Source of the DNA: Octopus vulgaris
Lineage: Eukaryota
Assembly: GCA_951406725.2 (NCBI GenBank)
Contig: OX597819.1
Location: 60,078,001 to 60,142,000, forward strand
DNA length: 64,000 bases
Reading direction: 5' to 3'
Position numbers and translations under genes: made by a program. The notes beneath the pieces were generated by a model. The model did no database searches. It had not been told where the DNA came from and worked only from the letters and a program-made list of their open reading frames with translations. Within the stretch, counting starts at the first letter, position 1. Every line of letters begins with the position of its first letter. Shown here piece by piece: positions 43,065 through 55,608 of the stretch.

Positions 43065-46000
43065 GGGGAGTGGAATTATGAATACAAGTTATCAGTGAGT
43101 GTAAGATAAAATGTTATAATGGATGTGCCAAAGGTATGGAACAGAAGGGGCCGTGAGAAGATTGACAATATTACATCTCTTTCATTTTTAGTTTAAGGCC
43201 CTGTGCTTCCCTCCCCTACCCCTTCTCCTTTCATGATCAAAGAATCAAGCAAAATCCCTCACTGAAAGCCTCTAAACTCCAGCTAGGTTTAGAGTTTAGT
43301 ATAGAAATCAACTGTAGAAAGTGAATTTTGCTACCAAATTATCGCTAAATTTGTGAAAGAAAATGTTTTAATTTTAAATTATAACACATCTAAAACTAAA
43401 ATCCTCAAAATTTACTTCCTCAATTTACTTCCTCATTAAAAGTAATCTTTAATCAAAATGAATAAATTCATTAATCCTTAACTAAAAATTAATAAAGGGA
43501 TATTACTGTAAATTTTCATCAACCAGAGATACATTTCCTTCTTGATAAGAAATAATTTATCAAAGACACAGGCATAGACAACCTCTTTCAAGAAGTGTGC
43601 TGCATCAGGTAATTTTTCGCTAGGTGTGCCATTCAGAAAGCCTCCATGGGATACAGTCTGCCCATAACTGTTCTAAATGATAGGGGCTCTATTCCCCAAA
43701 GCTACATGAATGAGGCATGTTGAATATAGTGTCCTATCCAACAATGAAATACCTGAAGTAGATATAAATTCAGGAACTATAAACTGGTACTGCAAAACCT
43801 TGCTCCTAGTTTGTTTCATCTACAATCATTAGAGGTAATGAAACTAAAAATCTGCTACACTAATTTCACATTAGTAGTCAGCATTAAGAATATTAAGAAG
43901 TTAATCCTGTATAGAATGTATTTGTAAAACTACATTTTCCAGTATTATGAACTATAAAAAAAAAAGGGGGGGGGACTGTAAAAGGAACGTATGAAAAAAG
44001 TCTAGAACTTCGGATTTGATAGAGTTATACAAACCAAGATTAAAAAAAAGAATTCTTCAAAATGATGTCCCCTGCTAAAGCTTTGGTTTATCAAGAGAAT
44101 CATTTATGCCTGCATATTAAAGTGACTTGAATAAGAGAGTGGAAAATGTAAGAATCATGTATAAGCTGTTAATAAAATGTTAGTATTATAAATATAGTGT
44201 TAGTAATTTTATTAAGATTGTAACTGTAAGTGGAAAACGTTTTGAGTTTATTAGATAACACAACTAATGACTTGATAAAGAAAATGAAATAAGAAATTAC
44301 AGAGAAAATAAAGATTTGTAAATTAAATAGATGACAGATTTGCTTGTCAGCTGCTTGGCCATAAGCAGCTGAGCATGTCCCTTGGTGGATGACAATATGT
44401 GCATCTCTGATCACAAGCTGAAGTAGTGGGGTAGCATTGTAGCCATGTGTTAAGAGGGATTCTTTGGGGTTTGAATAATTCACCCCAGGAAACATGGGTG
44501 TTTCATTCATCATCCTTAGACAACTCTTATTCAGGGACCTTTCGAGTGGGATGGGCTACTCGACCTGAAAAAAATTCTAAATGGGCCCCACCTGCAAAGT
44601 CATGCACTACTTTGATATGAGGTCACCATGTTACACACACATTGTTGTGATGCATGTGCCTAGTGCAACATTATCAGATAGGTAGTCATCATGGGTATAC
44701 TGGGCTTTGTTTATTTGTATCCCAGCATCACTCTGATGGCAAGTGCAGCTCTCCTACTCAATGATAATAATAATAATAATAGTAATAATAATAATAATAA
44801 ATCGTAGAAGGCCTGAAATTTTGGGGGAAAAGGTGCTAGATGATTATATCGACCCCAGTACCCGATTGATACTTATTTTATCAGCCCCCAAAAAAAGAAA
44901 GGTAAAGTTGATCTTGGCAGAATTTGAACTCAGAATGTAAAGGCAGACAAAATGCTGCTAAACATTTTGTCTGGCTTGCTAATGATTCTACCAGCTCATG
45001 ACCGAACACATATTTATGTGGTCAACATTAGAAGACTGATAGGTGAAGTCCATCCAGGATGGAAATTGAACTCAGAACATAGAAAGATAAAAATAAATCT
45101 ACAGTGAAGCAGCTTGTTTGATGCTCTACCAGTTCTGCCAATTCACTGATATGTAACCTTAATAATAATAATAATAATTAATGGTTTCAAATATTAAGGA
45201 GAGATAGGTGGGGTGGGGTAGCGGGTTGGTCAATTACAATTGACCCAAGTACTTGACTGGTATTTTATTTCATCAACCCTGGAAGGCTGAAAGGTTAAGT
45301 TGATCTTGGCAGAATTTGAACTTAGAATGTAAAGAACCAGAAGAAATGCTGCTAAGCACTGTGTCCAATGTGCTAACAATTCTGCCACTCACCACCTTAA
45401 TAATCATAATGATATTTTTCTGTATTTGCCACAGGGACGTCAGATGAGAGGGACATTACAAGGATAGTTTACAATTCGTATGAGGGTTTAAACAAGAGGT
45501 GAAGAAAAGGGGAAGGTGAGAGTGAAATGAGGTAAAAGTATACAGAATATACAAAATATGTGAACACATAAATGCTGTAGTCCTCCAGATAAAGAATCTC
45601 CAGTTATGGCATCATGATGATGATGATGGTGATGATGGTGATGGTGGTGATGATGATGATGATGATGATAATAATAATAATACCCTGATGCAGTACCAGG
45701 TAGTGGCTCTCATGGCTTCTGAGCTTAACTGATAGGAAGTGTTATCATGTACATTGTTTTGTCTTGGTACAAAAGATGGGCTACAGCAAATATTCTGCTC
45801 AATACCACAGATTTGCTTGTCAGTTGTTTGACCTTAACCAGTTGAGCACATCCCTTAGTGGCTGACGATATGTGCATCTCTGACCACGAGCAGAAGTAGT
45901 GGGGGAGCATCATAGCCATGTGCTGAAAGGAATTCTTTGAGGTTTGAATAATTCACTTTGAGAATTTTGTTCAGTGTGCTATCATTTCTGCCAACTCAAT

Positions 46001-47978
46001 AATAATAATAATAATAGTAATATAATGATTTCAAATTATGGCACAAACCCAGCAAGTTCATCCCGAAAGGATGAAAGGCAAAGCTGACCTCGGTGGAATT
46101 TGAACTCACAATGTACAGATGTATGAAATACCACTAAGCATTTTGCTCGGTGTGCTAACAATTCTGCTAGCTTGCTGCCTTAGTAATAATAATAATAATG
46201 ATCCTTTCTATTAAAGGCACAAGGCCGGGAATTTTGAGAGAGGGGACCAGACGAGTACACCGACCCCCACTGTTTCACTGGTACTTAATTTATCAACCCT
46301 GAAAGGATGAAAGGCAAAGTCAACCTTAGCAGAATTCGAACTCAGAACATAGTGACACTAAGCATTTTGCCTGGTATACTAATGATTCTGCCAGCTCAAT
46401 GCCCTAATGATGATAATAATAATAATAATAATAATAATTTAAAGCTTTTGGTTTGAATAGTTCAAAGCTAAATTTTCTAGCACACTTTCCTGGACAATAT
46501 AGCAAAATACTGTTCCTATTATGAAAAGAAAAAAAAAATGAAGGTAATATGAAGGCAGGGAGAGAGGGAGAGAGGGAGAGAGAGAAGGAAAGTGAGAAAG
46601 GAAAAGTGAGGAGAAGAAAGAGAATGAGTAGGAACTTCTGAATTGTGATTATATTTTGTTGGGAGGATTGAAATGAAATAGAGAAAATAATTAAATAAAA
46701 GTTAAAGAATGCAGCATACACGATGAATTGGATTAGTCTACAAAAATATTGGGGATCTATACCACTCACCACTCATATTAAAGAATTACAACTGAGGTTT
46801 TCTAACTAGTTTTCACACAATTGAAAAGAAAAAGAAACCCAGAAGCAGTTCTCTCCCCTTCAGGACAATAGTCACCCTCTGTCTTACCTCATAGTAATTG
46901 CTCTCCCACTTTCTCTCTCTTACACACACACACTCCACAAATAACTCCAAATAGCCGTAGTTCCCAGTCAAATAACCACATGTATGTTTATTTGCAGCAA
47001 TAATATAAAATGTCTCCAGAAAACTGAAATGCGACCCAGAATCAAATATTAGTTCCCAAGTTGGGATAGTGATCCTCATGAACATCCAAGACAGTGCAAC
47101 TTGAAGAAAGCTAATCGATTGATTGGCAAGAAGGTATTCACTAACATATGCTGTCTCCTCTCTCAGTATTTTATACGACCATTTCTACCATTACCTCTAA
47201 CCCTCAGAACTAATTACTTTGCACACTACATACACCCCCAACGTTTATCTGACATACTTGTCTTCACTCTTCACATCGCCTATTCTGTCCTTCGCCTCCT
47301 TCACTGAACTAATCACTATTCCCAGCTCTTCCTACCCAGATTATCAACCCACTGGAATTCCTCTCCTAACCATTGTTGACTTACAGCTGGTTAAGCTAAA
47401 CATCAATCTCATCGGCCTGGGAGTGCAAGTGAGAATCATGAGAGCAGAAACCCCTTCCTCTTGCCTATTTAAAGTGGGAAATGTAGATATATCATCATCA
47501 TCTAACGTCCGTTTTCTAAGATGCTGGCATGCATTGGATGGTTTGACAGGAGCTGGCCAACCAAAGAGCACTCACGTCTCCAACTGTCTGTGTTGGCATG
47601 GTTTCTATGGCTGGATGCCCTTCCCAATGTCAACCACTTTACAGAGTGTATTGGGTGTGTTTACATGGCACCAGCACCTGTGAGTCCACAAGACAAGGGC
47701 CTCTCAGCTGAGAGAGGGAGTGGGGGTCATGGCCATAAAGGACATGCCTGTATGTATGGATGGCCATGATTTTTACTTATATATATATTTTTCGCCATGG
47801 TAGATCGTTAGCCACTACACACATTTTTTTCTCTCCTTGTTTCTTTCTGTGTTCTTTTCTGTGAAAGAGCGTAGGCTCGAAATGTTAAAGACTTTTTCAA
47901 TTCCCGAGCGTTATACTAATACATCTGTTTGTTGTCTACAACACCTGTCGTCTTTTGTTTTTTTGTGAATTCTCCCTA

Positions 47979-48015
<37 letters not shown>

Positions 48016-49183
48016 ATAATCAAAATAATCAACAAGGATATCCTTGTTGCTTATTTTGATTATAATCACCCCATTTGATTTATATGGATAATACCATACC
48101 AAATTCTGGTGCCTTTAACTTAAGTACCATATTCATCTGAATCTTATATATATATATATATATATGAGACACATGTCCTCGCTAACTCCTTCACCCAATC
48201 CCTTCTTGCCAAAATGACAATTCTCTGGAATTTCCTCCCAGTTCATATTTTCCCAGCAGATGTTGGCTTACACATGTTGAAGATGAGCATAAACCACATC
48301 AACTACATTAGTGTTGAAGGGCTGGTGTAGGCCATTTGTTCTTCTTGCCAGGTCACAATAAAACTAGGTAGATGTCACTAAAAGAAAATTAAACAAGTCT
48401 AAGACTCAAAGGTTATTTTTCTTCTAATCTAAACCAGAAAAAAAAACTAAGTGTACTACATTTATTCAACAATAATTGATTCCAGTTAAGAGTTTTTCCT
48501 AATGGAATTTTGTTGCTGCCAACTGCAATGTATCAAAGAATGGCTATTAGATTTGTGACTTGATTTAACAGAAGTTGTTTACTACAATAAACTGAATAAT
48601 CATGTTTTATTCATTACATCCATCTAATCTAGCAATTAAATCACACACATACACACAAATATCTTGTTGACACTTTAACCTGAGATAAGCTACATTATTT
48701 AAAATTAAAAACATTGATTATGAAATATAGGAGATTCATCATCACCATTATATGTATATATATATATACACATATATAAGGAGCACTCCATCAGTTACAA
48801 CAACGAAGGGTCCCAGCTGATACGATCAATGAAACAGCTTGCTTGTGAAATTAATGTGCAAGTGGCTGAGCAATCCACAGGCATGTGTACCCCTAATGTA
48901 GTTCTCAAGGAGATTCAGCATGACAGAGTGTAACAAGTCTGGCCCTTTCAAATACAGGTACTACTCAATTTTACCAGCTGAGTGGACTAGAGTGTCTTGC
49001 TTGAGGACACAATGTGTCGCTGGGAATTGAACTCATGACCTTATGACCATGAGCCAAATGCCCTAACCACTAAGCCACGCACCTTTACATATATATATAT
49101 ATATACTGAAATATTTTAACTGAGAAAGATCTTATGTAATAGATGCATTTCCTATTATTTATTACGCATACCTGAAACATACA

Positions 49184-49225
<42 letters not shown>

Positions 49226-52200
49226 CATACATACATACATACATAGAGGAATGCATAATTTTATACATACTTACACTGCTATACTTCATTCTATCTGTTT
49301 AAAAAGAGACTAATATATTTAATCTAATAAAAGCCCAATATGTTTACATATAATGTCTATAATTTGGTAAATATATTGTACACAACTCTTCAGTGTATAT
49401 GTTGTTTGTTTGAAATCTTTTGTAATCTTTACAAATCAGGATGTAATAAGAGGACAAAGTTGCCAAGTTTAATGTATTAAACTGTAACTCTCTAAAATGA
49501 ATGAGTGAGTGTTGGGCAGCTATAAGAAACAGCAGCTGCGACCAGGTGAACTACAGTGATTGTGAAGGAATAGCAAAATCATTCAGTACCTTGCTGTTTT
49601 TGTCTGTCACTTTGGTAATCTATATCATTGAAACATAGTTAATACACATTAATAAAAAAAAAAGAAAACAAAACAAAAAACACACATCAAAGCAGTAAAT
49701 AAGGATTTAAAGAAAAGAAAAAAAAATTAAATGGCAGTGCTATAAAGTTCATGGAAAACCAGCCAACATTGATTAAATTCTAGATTGAACAAAATAAAAA
49801 AAATGATTTCTAAATAAGCAATGGAAATAACATAAATACATATTCCGATGGCATCAGATTAAATAGATATTTGCATTTTATCTTAACATTTTAAATTTCA
49901 GGAGTTAAATTTTTAATGTAAAAACTAACTTTCTGGAGTTGGAATATAAAATTTTAGAAAGCATAAATACATGAACATGAAAACCAACTTTCTGAAGCTG
50001 CCCATTTCTAACTTAATTTCTAATAATTTCTGATTTAAACATTTCATATCTGATAGTAAAAACAAAACTAATGTCGTAATATATTCTTAATAAAATCAAT
50101 TAACTAATAAATTGCAACAAATTTTTGTTTAAATTGTAATAAATTATAGTAATAATATAATTTTGCCAATGGAAAAGATTTGTATAGGCAATTGGATCAA
50201 TACTGGTATAATACAGATTATTTCATTGATTGCAAAAAATTCCCTGCAGACAGGAGTCAGAAAAAAATATAATAATAATAATGATAATAATAATAATAAT
50301 AATTTTCAAGAAGTGAAAAAGACTGTTTTAACTGGAACATCACATTTATTGAGAAGAGTATTGTTGCTGTGAGAGCAATTGTCTTCTTCTCTTTTTCTAC
50401 ATAGCTTCATTTGATTTTGTAAATGAATAAACTAGTGTGCTTATTTTCATGGCCTATTGATGTATATAGTGAATTTCTTTGCCCTATGTGTTGGGAAGGC
50501 ACTCAGCAAGAAATGGAAACAAAATCGAAAAAAGAAAAACTCACAACAATAATAATCTTTTCTACTGAAGACACATGACCTGAAGTTTTGGGGGAGGAGT
50601 AAGTCGATAACATTAATCCCAGTACTCAACTGGTGTTTATTTTATCGATACCGACAGGATGAAAGGCAAAGTCAACCCTAGCAGCATTTGAACTCAGAAC
50701 GTAATGACAAATGAAATACTGATAAGCATTTCACCCGGCATGCTAATAATCCTGCTGTTTGCCACCGAAATAATAATAATAAAAGATGGGCTACAACAAA
50801 TATTCTGCTCAATACCACAGATTTGCTTGTCAGTTGTTTGACCATAACCAGTTGACCATGTCCCTTAGTGGCTGACGATATGTGCATCTCTGATCACGAG
50901 CAGAAGTAGTGGGGGAGCATCATAGCCATGTGTTGAGAGGGATTCTTTGGGGTTTGAATAATTCACCTTTGGAAACATGGGTGTTTCGTTCAACATCCTT
51001 AAACGACCCTTATTCAGAGACCTTTTGAGCAGGATGGGTTACTCGAGCAGAAGAAAATTCTAACTAGGCCCCACCTGCAAGGTCATGCGCTGTTTATCTT
51101 GATATGAGATCACCATGTCACGCACATATGGTTGTAATGCATGTACCTGTTGTACCCTTATCAGACAGGTAGTCATGATGGGTATACTAAGCTTTGTATA
51201 TTTTATCCCAGTGTCACTTTGATGGCATGCACTGCTCTCTCACTCAATAATAATAATAATAATAATAATATTAATAATAATAATAATACAACAATCAGAA
51301 CAGTATGATGCAATATGTAATATATACAGATTGACATTGCTTATTGAAATGAACAATAATTTCAACAATGTTGTTTACTTCAATAAACAAAGTCAATCTG
51401 TATTTTATGACATAATGCTACATACTCTTTTTATTGTGTATCCGCCTCCAAGAAGAGTTACATCAATCTTGATAAATTGAAAATGAGTTGTATATGCTAG
51501 TTTTGAAATATTTTTATCCTTTATTACCAACAAAGTCATCAAATTATGACAAATTAATAAACTATATTTTTTAGTTTTAAATAACATAAATATAAGGAGT
51601 TTTTAGATACTTTTCCTAAGTCCAAAAGTAGGAACATGCAAACTTTATCCAGGTGTTGATGGTAACAATCTTAAGTAAAAATGCATGTTATTAATAAAAA
51701 AAAAAAGAAACTAGTTTTAATAAGTTAATGAATCTAGCTAGGTTTTTAGTTATTTGATGCAAGCAATAATCTTCTCTTATTAAAACTTTTGGCCAATCAT
51801 TCTCAGTTGCCTAATTTTCTTCTCTCTCTCTCTCTCTTTCTCTCTCACTCACTATTGTTCTTGGGAAAAGAACAAACATTTTAGTTAATCTAATGTTTCA
51901 TCACAATTTATTATTGTAATTTCTTGAACATTCTGTGGAAATCAGATAAATCCACTGGAAATTTAATTGAAAATTTAACTGCGAAAAACAGTTTTATATA
52001 TAATGAACTTCTTGTATACAGTGCTCAGGTACACAACTCAGAGAAAGTAGCCACAAGTGCATGGGCAGTACATAGAATAATGTACAGGAAGTGAACAGTG
52101 AATGAATCGTTTAAAAAAAAAAGGGGGAAGGGGACATCAGGTGTACTGTTGGTGAATTTCAAGAAGCATGGAAGTTTTGATGGATGTACTGTCCTGACAG

Positions 52201-55200
52201 CTAACAATTGATGCGAGTAGTTTATTTCATGCTTCAGAAATTCTGAACATCAAAAATAGTTTCTAAAAGTCATGGGTGCGGTGTTGTTTTTTTGATTTTG
52301 TAAGCATACCCAAGAGTGTTAGACATATGGAATTCAAAAAGGTGCCCAAGGTTGTTGTTGGAATGATGGTGCATAATTTTGTGAGTGTCTTGGAAGTCAT
52401 TTGCCAGGAACATTCAGAGTAATGACAGTGGGTATTTGTCTGGTTGCACATTTCTGAATAGTTTCCAAGATAAGGATTCCAGACTGGTGCTGCAAACTAA
52501 ATGATGCTTAAGACATCTTCAGCCTTCTTGACAATTTTAGAAATATGGTTTGTCCAAGGTGAATTGTAGTTGACCAGGTCATGTTCACTAGCAGATTTCT
52601 TAAGATTGGTATTGTAGAGGGAGTATGTAAACATTGGGTTTTTCCTCCCAAAATGCATTTGTCCACAGTGAGCTTGCGTTATCAGCCAATAATCCATTGC
52701 TGCATTATGTCCAGGTCTGATTGCAGGAAAGATCTATAGCATATAGGGTCTGTTCTTTATATCTCAAGGTACAGTTTGGTGTCATCTGCATATTTCAATA
52801 GTGTAACATTCTTTAAGTTGGCATCTTTGTCATTAATATATGCAACAAACAACAGGGTTCCAAGAACAGATGTCATTTCATAGGATGCTGAATGCTGTCC
52901 TAAAACCAGGAGAACCTCTCTTCGACTGATAATGAAGGGCTTCAGTTAGTTATAAAGATCCTCTTTCAAACCCATTGCAGAGTGTTTTGCTATAAGTCGT
53001 TTATGTGGCACAGAATTGAAGGCTTTAGCAAAGTCAAGATAGATAATATCCACCCATAAGCTGCCATCAGTGATTCAGGTGATGTCTTCAAGAAACTCAA
53101 TGAGATGGCCACAGCAGTTTGGGATAAATCCATATTGTGAGGGTTGAATAAGGCTGTGAGAGTTCAAGAAATTGGAAGTGCAGCAGACAATGTTCAGTAG
53201 AAAAGACTTATGTTCCTTTATATTCTGAGTTCAGTCGCTGCTAGGATCAACTTCACCTTTCCTCTTTATGGCAATAACTAAGATAAAGCATCAGTCATGT
53301 ACTGGGGTCAATATAATAAACTGTTCTTTCATCCAAAACTTCTGTTTTGGCAGACGTTAAACGAGGATGATTATTATTATTATTTATTACTTCTGCCTTA
53401 GCGAAGGTGGAGGTATTGTTTGCAGTCATGTTTGTCCATGGACAAGATATCTCAAGAACTGCTGGATGGATTCGAATGAAACTTTTGGGGATGTTTGGCC
53501 TTGTAACTGGCATGAACTGGTTAGATTTGGGGATCAATCCAGTACCGGATAAAGATTCTGGATTATTTTCCTTGTTTTTTACTTAATTTTTGAGAGCGGT
53601 CAGGTTCATTTTTAGTATTCTTATTTGTAAGAGCAGTCGAGCTAATTTCAGATATTCTCATTTTAAAAATCATCTCTGGCTAATCGTTGAGAGGACGTTG
53701 GTGTTGCCTTGGCAGAGGTTTGCACTCTCTGAGCGCTCTTGTTATTATCATAATAATAATAATAATTATTATTATTATAAAGGCAGCAAGTTTGCATAAT
53801 CATTAGAGCATCAAACAAAATGGATAACTGCATTTTAAATACCTTTAGGTTCTGAATTTAAATTCTGCAGAGGTTGATTTTGCCTTTTATTCTTTCGGAG
53901 TTAATAAAATAAGTACAAGCTGAACACTGGGATTGATATAATTAACTAGCTCACCCCTCCACCACAAAATTTCAGGCTTTGTGTCTATAGTAGAAAAAAT
54001 TATTATTATTATTACTATTAAAAGGAGAGGTGGAAGCACTTCAAATGTTCAAAGACCATGCCAGTCACTTAACATACAACTGGTTTCAAATTTTGTCACA
54101 GGGCCAGCAATTTCAGGGGAGAGGGCTAGCCAACTATATCGACTCCAGTTCTCAGGTGGTACTTATTTTAGTGACTCCCAAAAGGATGAAAGGCAAAGAC
54201 AACCTTGGCAGGATTTGAACTCAGAATGTAAAGACAGACAACAAAATACTTCGCAGCATTTTGTCCGGCATGCTAACAATTCTGCCAGCTTGCTGCCTTA
54301 CACTTAACATATAATTAACAATTCACTGCATTCAATTCATGAAAGTTTTGACTCCAGAACCAATGAAATATATATGTACCAGTATTATACTAGGGTTGAT
54401 TCAATGAACTATACAGCCCTTCACCCCACCACTACTAATGACAATTAGGCTAAACGAAAAGAAATCATTCCAGTGAATTTTTTTTCTTTAAGAGAGACAG
54501 CCATATAACATTGTTCCTACAAATAATGAATCGACCACATAAAAAACATAATTTGAAACGGCAAAAATGTATTCAGGTGGTCGTTTTAACATTAAATTAA
54601 CTTCACAGTGAAATTAAAAGTCTGACGACAAGACTGATGTTGGTTAATAATTATGTATACCCAACTGACAATAGATACTGAGACAATGATATTGTTCTCC
54701 TATATGAATATACAAAATATCTATTTATCTATCGATATTAGTATCTATATCATGCTATATAAAATCAAGTTTTGACAACAAAAACTAAATCTAAATATCA
54801 ACAATCCAAACATACACAAACACACTATATATATATATATATATATACATATTATATATACCAGAGTAAGCACATAAATGCGAAACAAGGTGGAAAAAAT
54901 AGTACTCGAATACCAGAGGTAGAGTAATATGCTTTATTAAAAAGCAACAAAAATATCACAAAAACTGTTACTCAGAGTTTCACGTTCCCGTTAATCAGAC
55001 AATTTGTTTAGAATGGAACAAAAATATACAATTAGTTTGATAGATACATAATTGAAAATGGTTTTGTTTCATTGGTCCTTTCAATAACCGGTTGCATGCA
55101 ATAACAAATTGCGGTATTAAATCATATTATTATAAAAATCAAAGGAAACCTTAAATAAAAAATAGCTTATAAAGAAGGACAGAGCCTGAATACCCAGAGT

Positions 55201-55568
55201 AAATAATTAGTTGTAAAATATTAATCAATTAATAAATTAAAATTTTGAATTAATTTATTAATATTTTACAGCTAATTATTTTACTCTGTCCTTCTTTATA
55301 AGCTAGTTTTGATTTAAGGTTTTCTTTGATTTTTATTAACAATATGATTTTATACCGCAATTTGTTATTGCATGCAACTGGTCATTGTAAAGACCATTAG
55401 TTGAAAGGACCAATGAAATAAAACCATTTTCAAATGTGTATCTATCAAACTAGTTGTACTTCTGCATATAACTTTATCTTGCTCCATTCTAAACAAAACT
55501 GTCCGACGAACAGGAACATGAAACTCTGAGTAACAGTTTTTGTAATATTTTTGCTGCTTTTTAATAAA

Positions 55569-55608
<40 letters not shown>

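Larger units (their letters stand above)
54861..55570. mobile_element. Penelope-like fold-back element (about 300-bp inverted arms) inserted in (TA)n
   Basis: About 54929-55233 is the reverse complement of about 55249-55570, with small indels. (TA)n flanks both sides and each arm has a hammerhead-like motif. Confidence 0.8.

Noticed and set aside
51426-51467. 42-nt frame-preserving candidate cassette exon (IDVTLLGGGYTIKR)
   Set aside because: Weak AAG acceptor, and the flanking exons already align to the orthologue without a gap.
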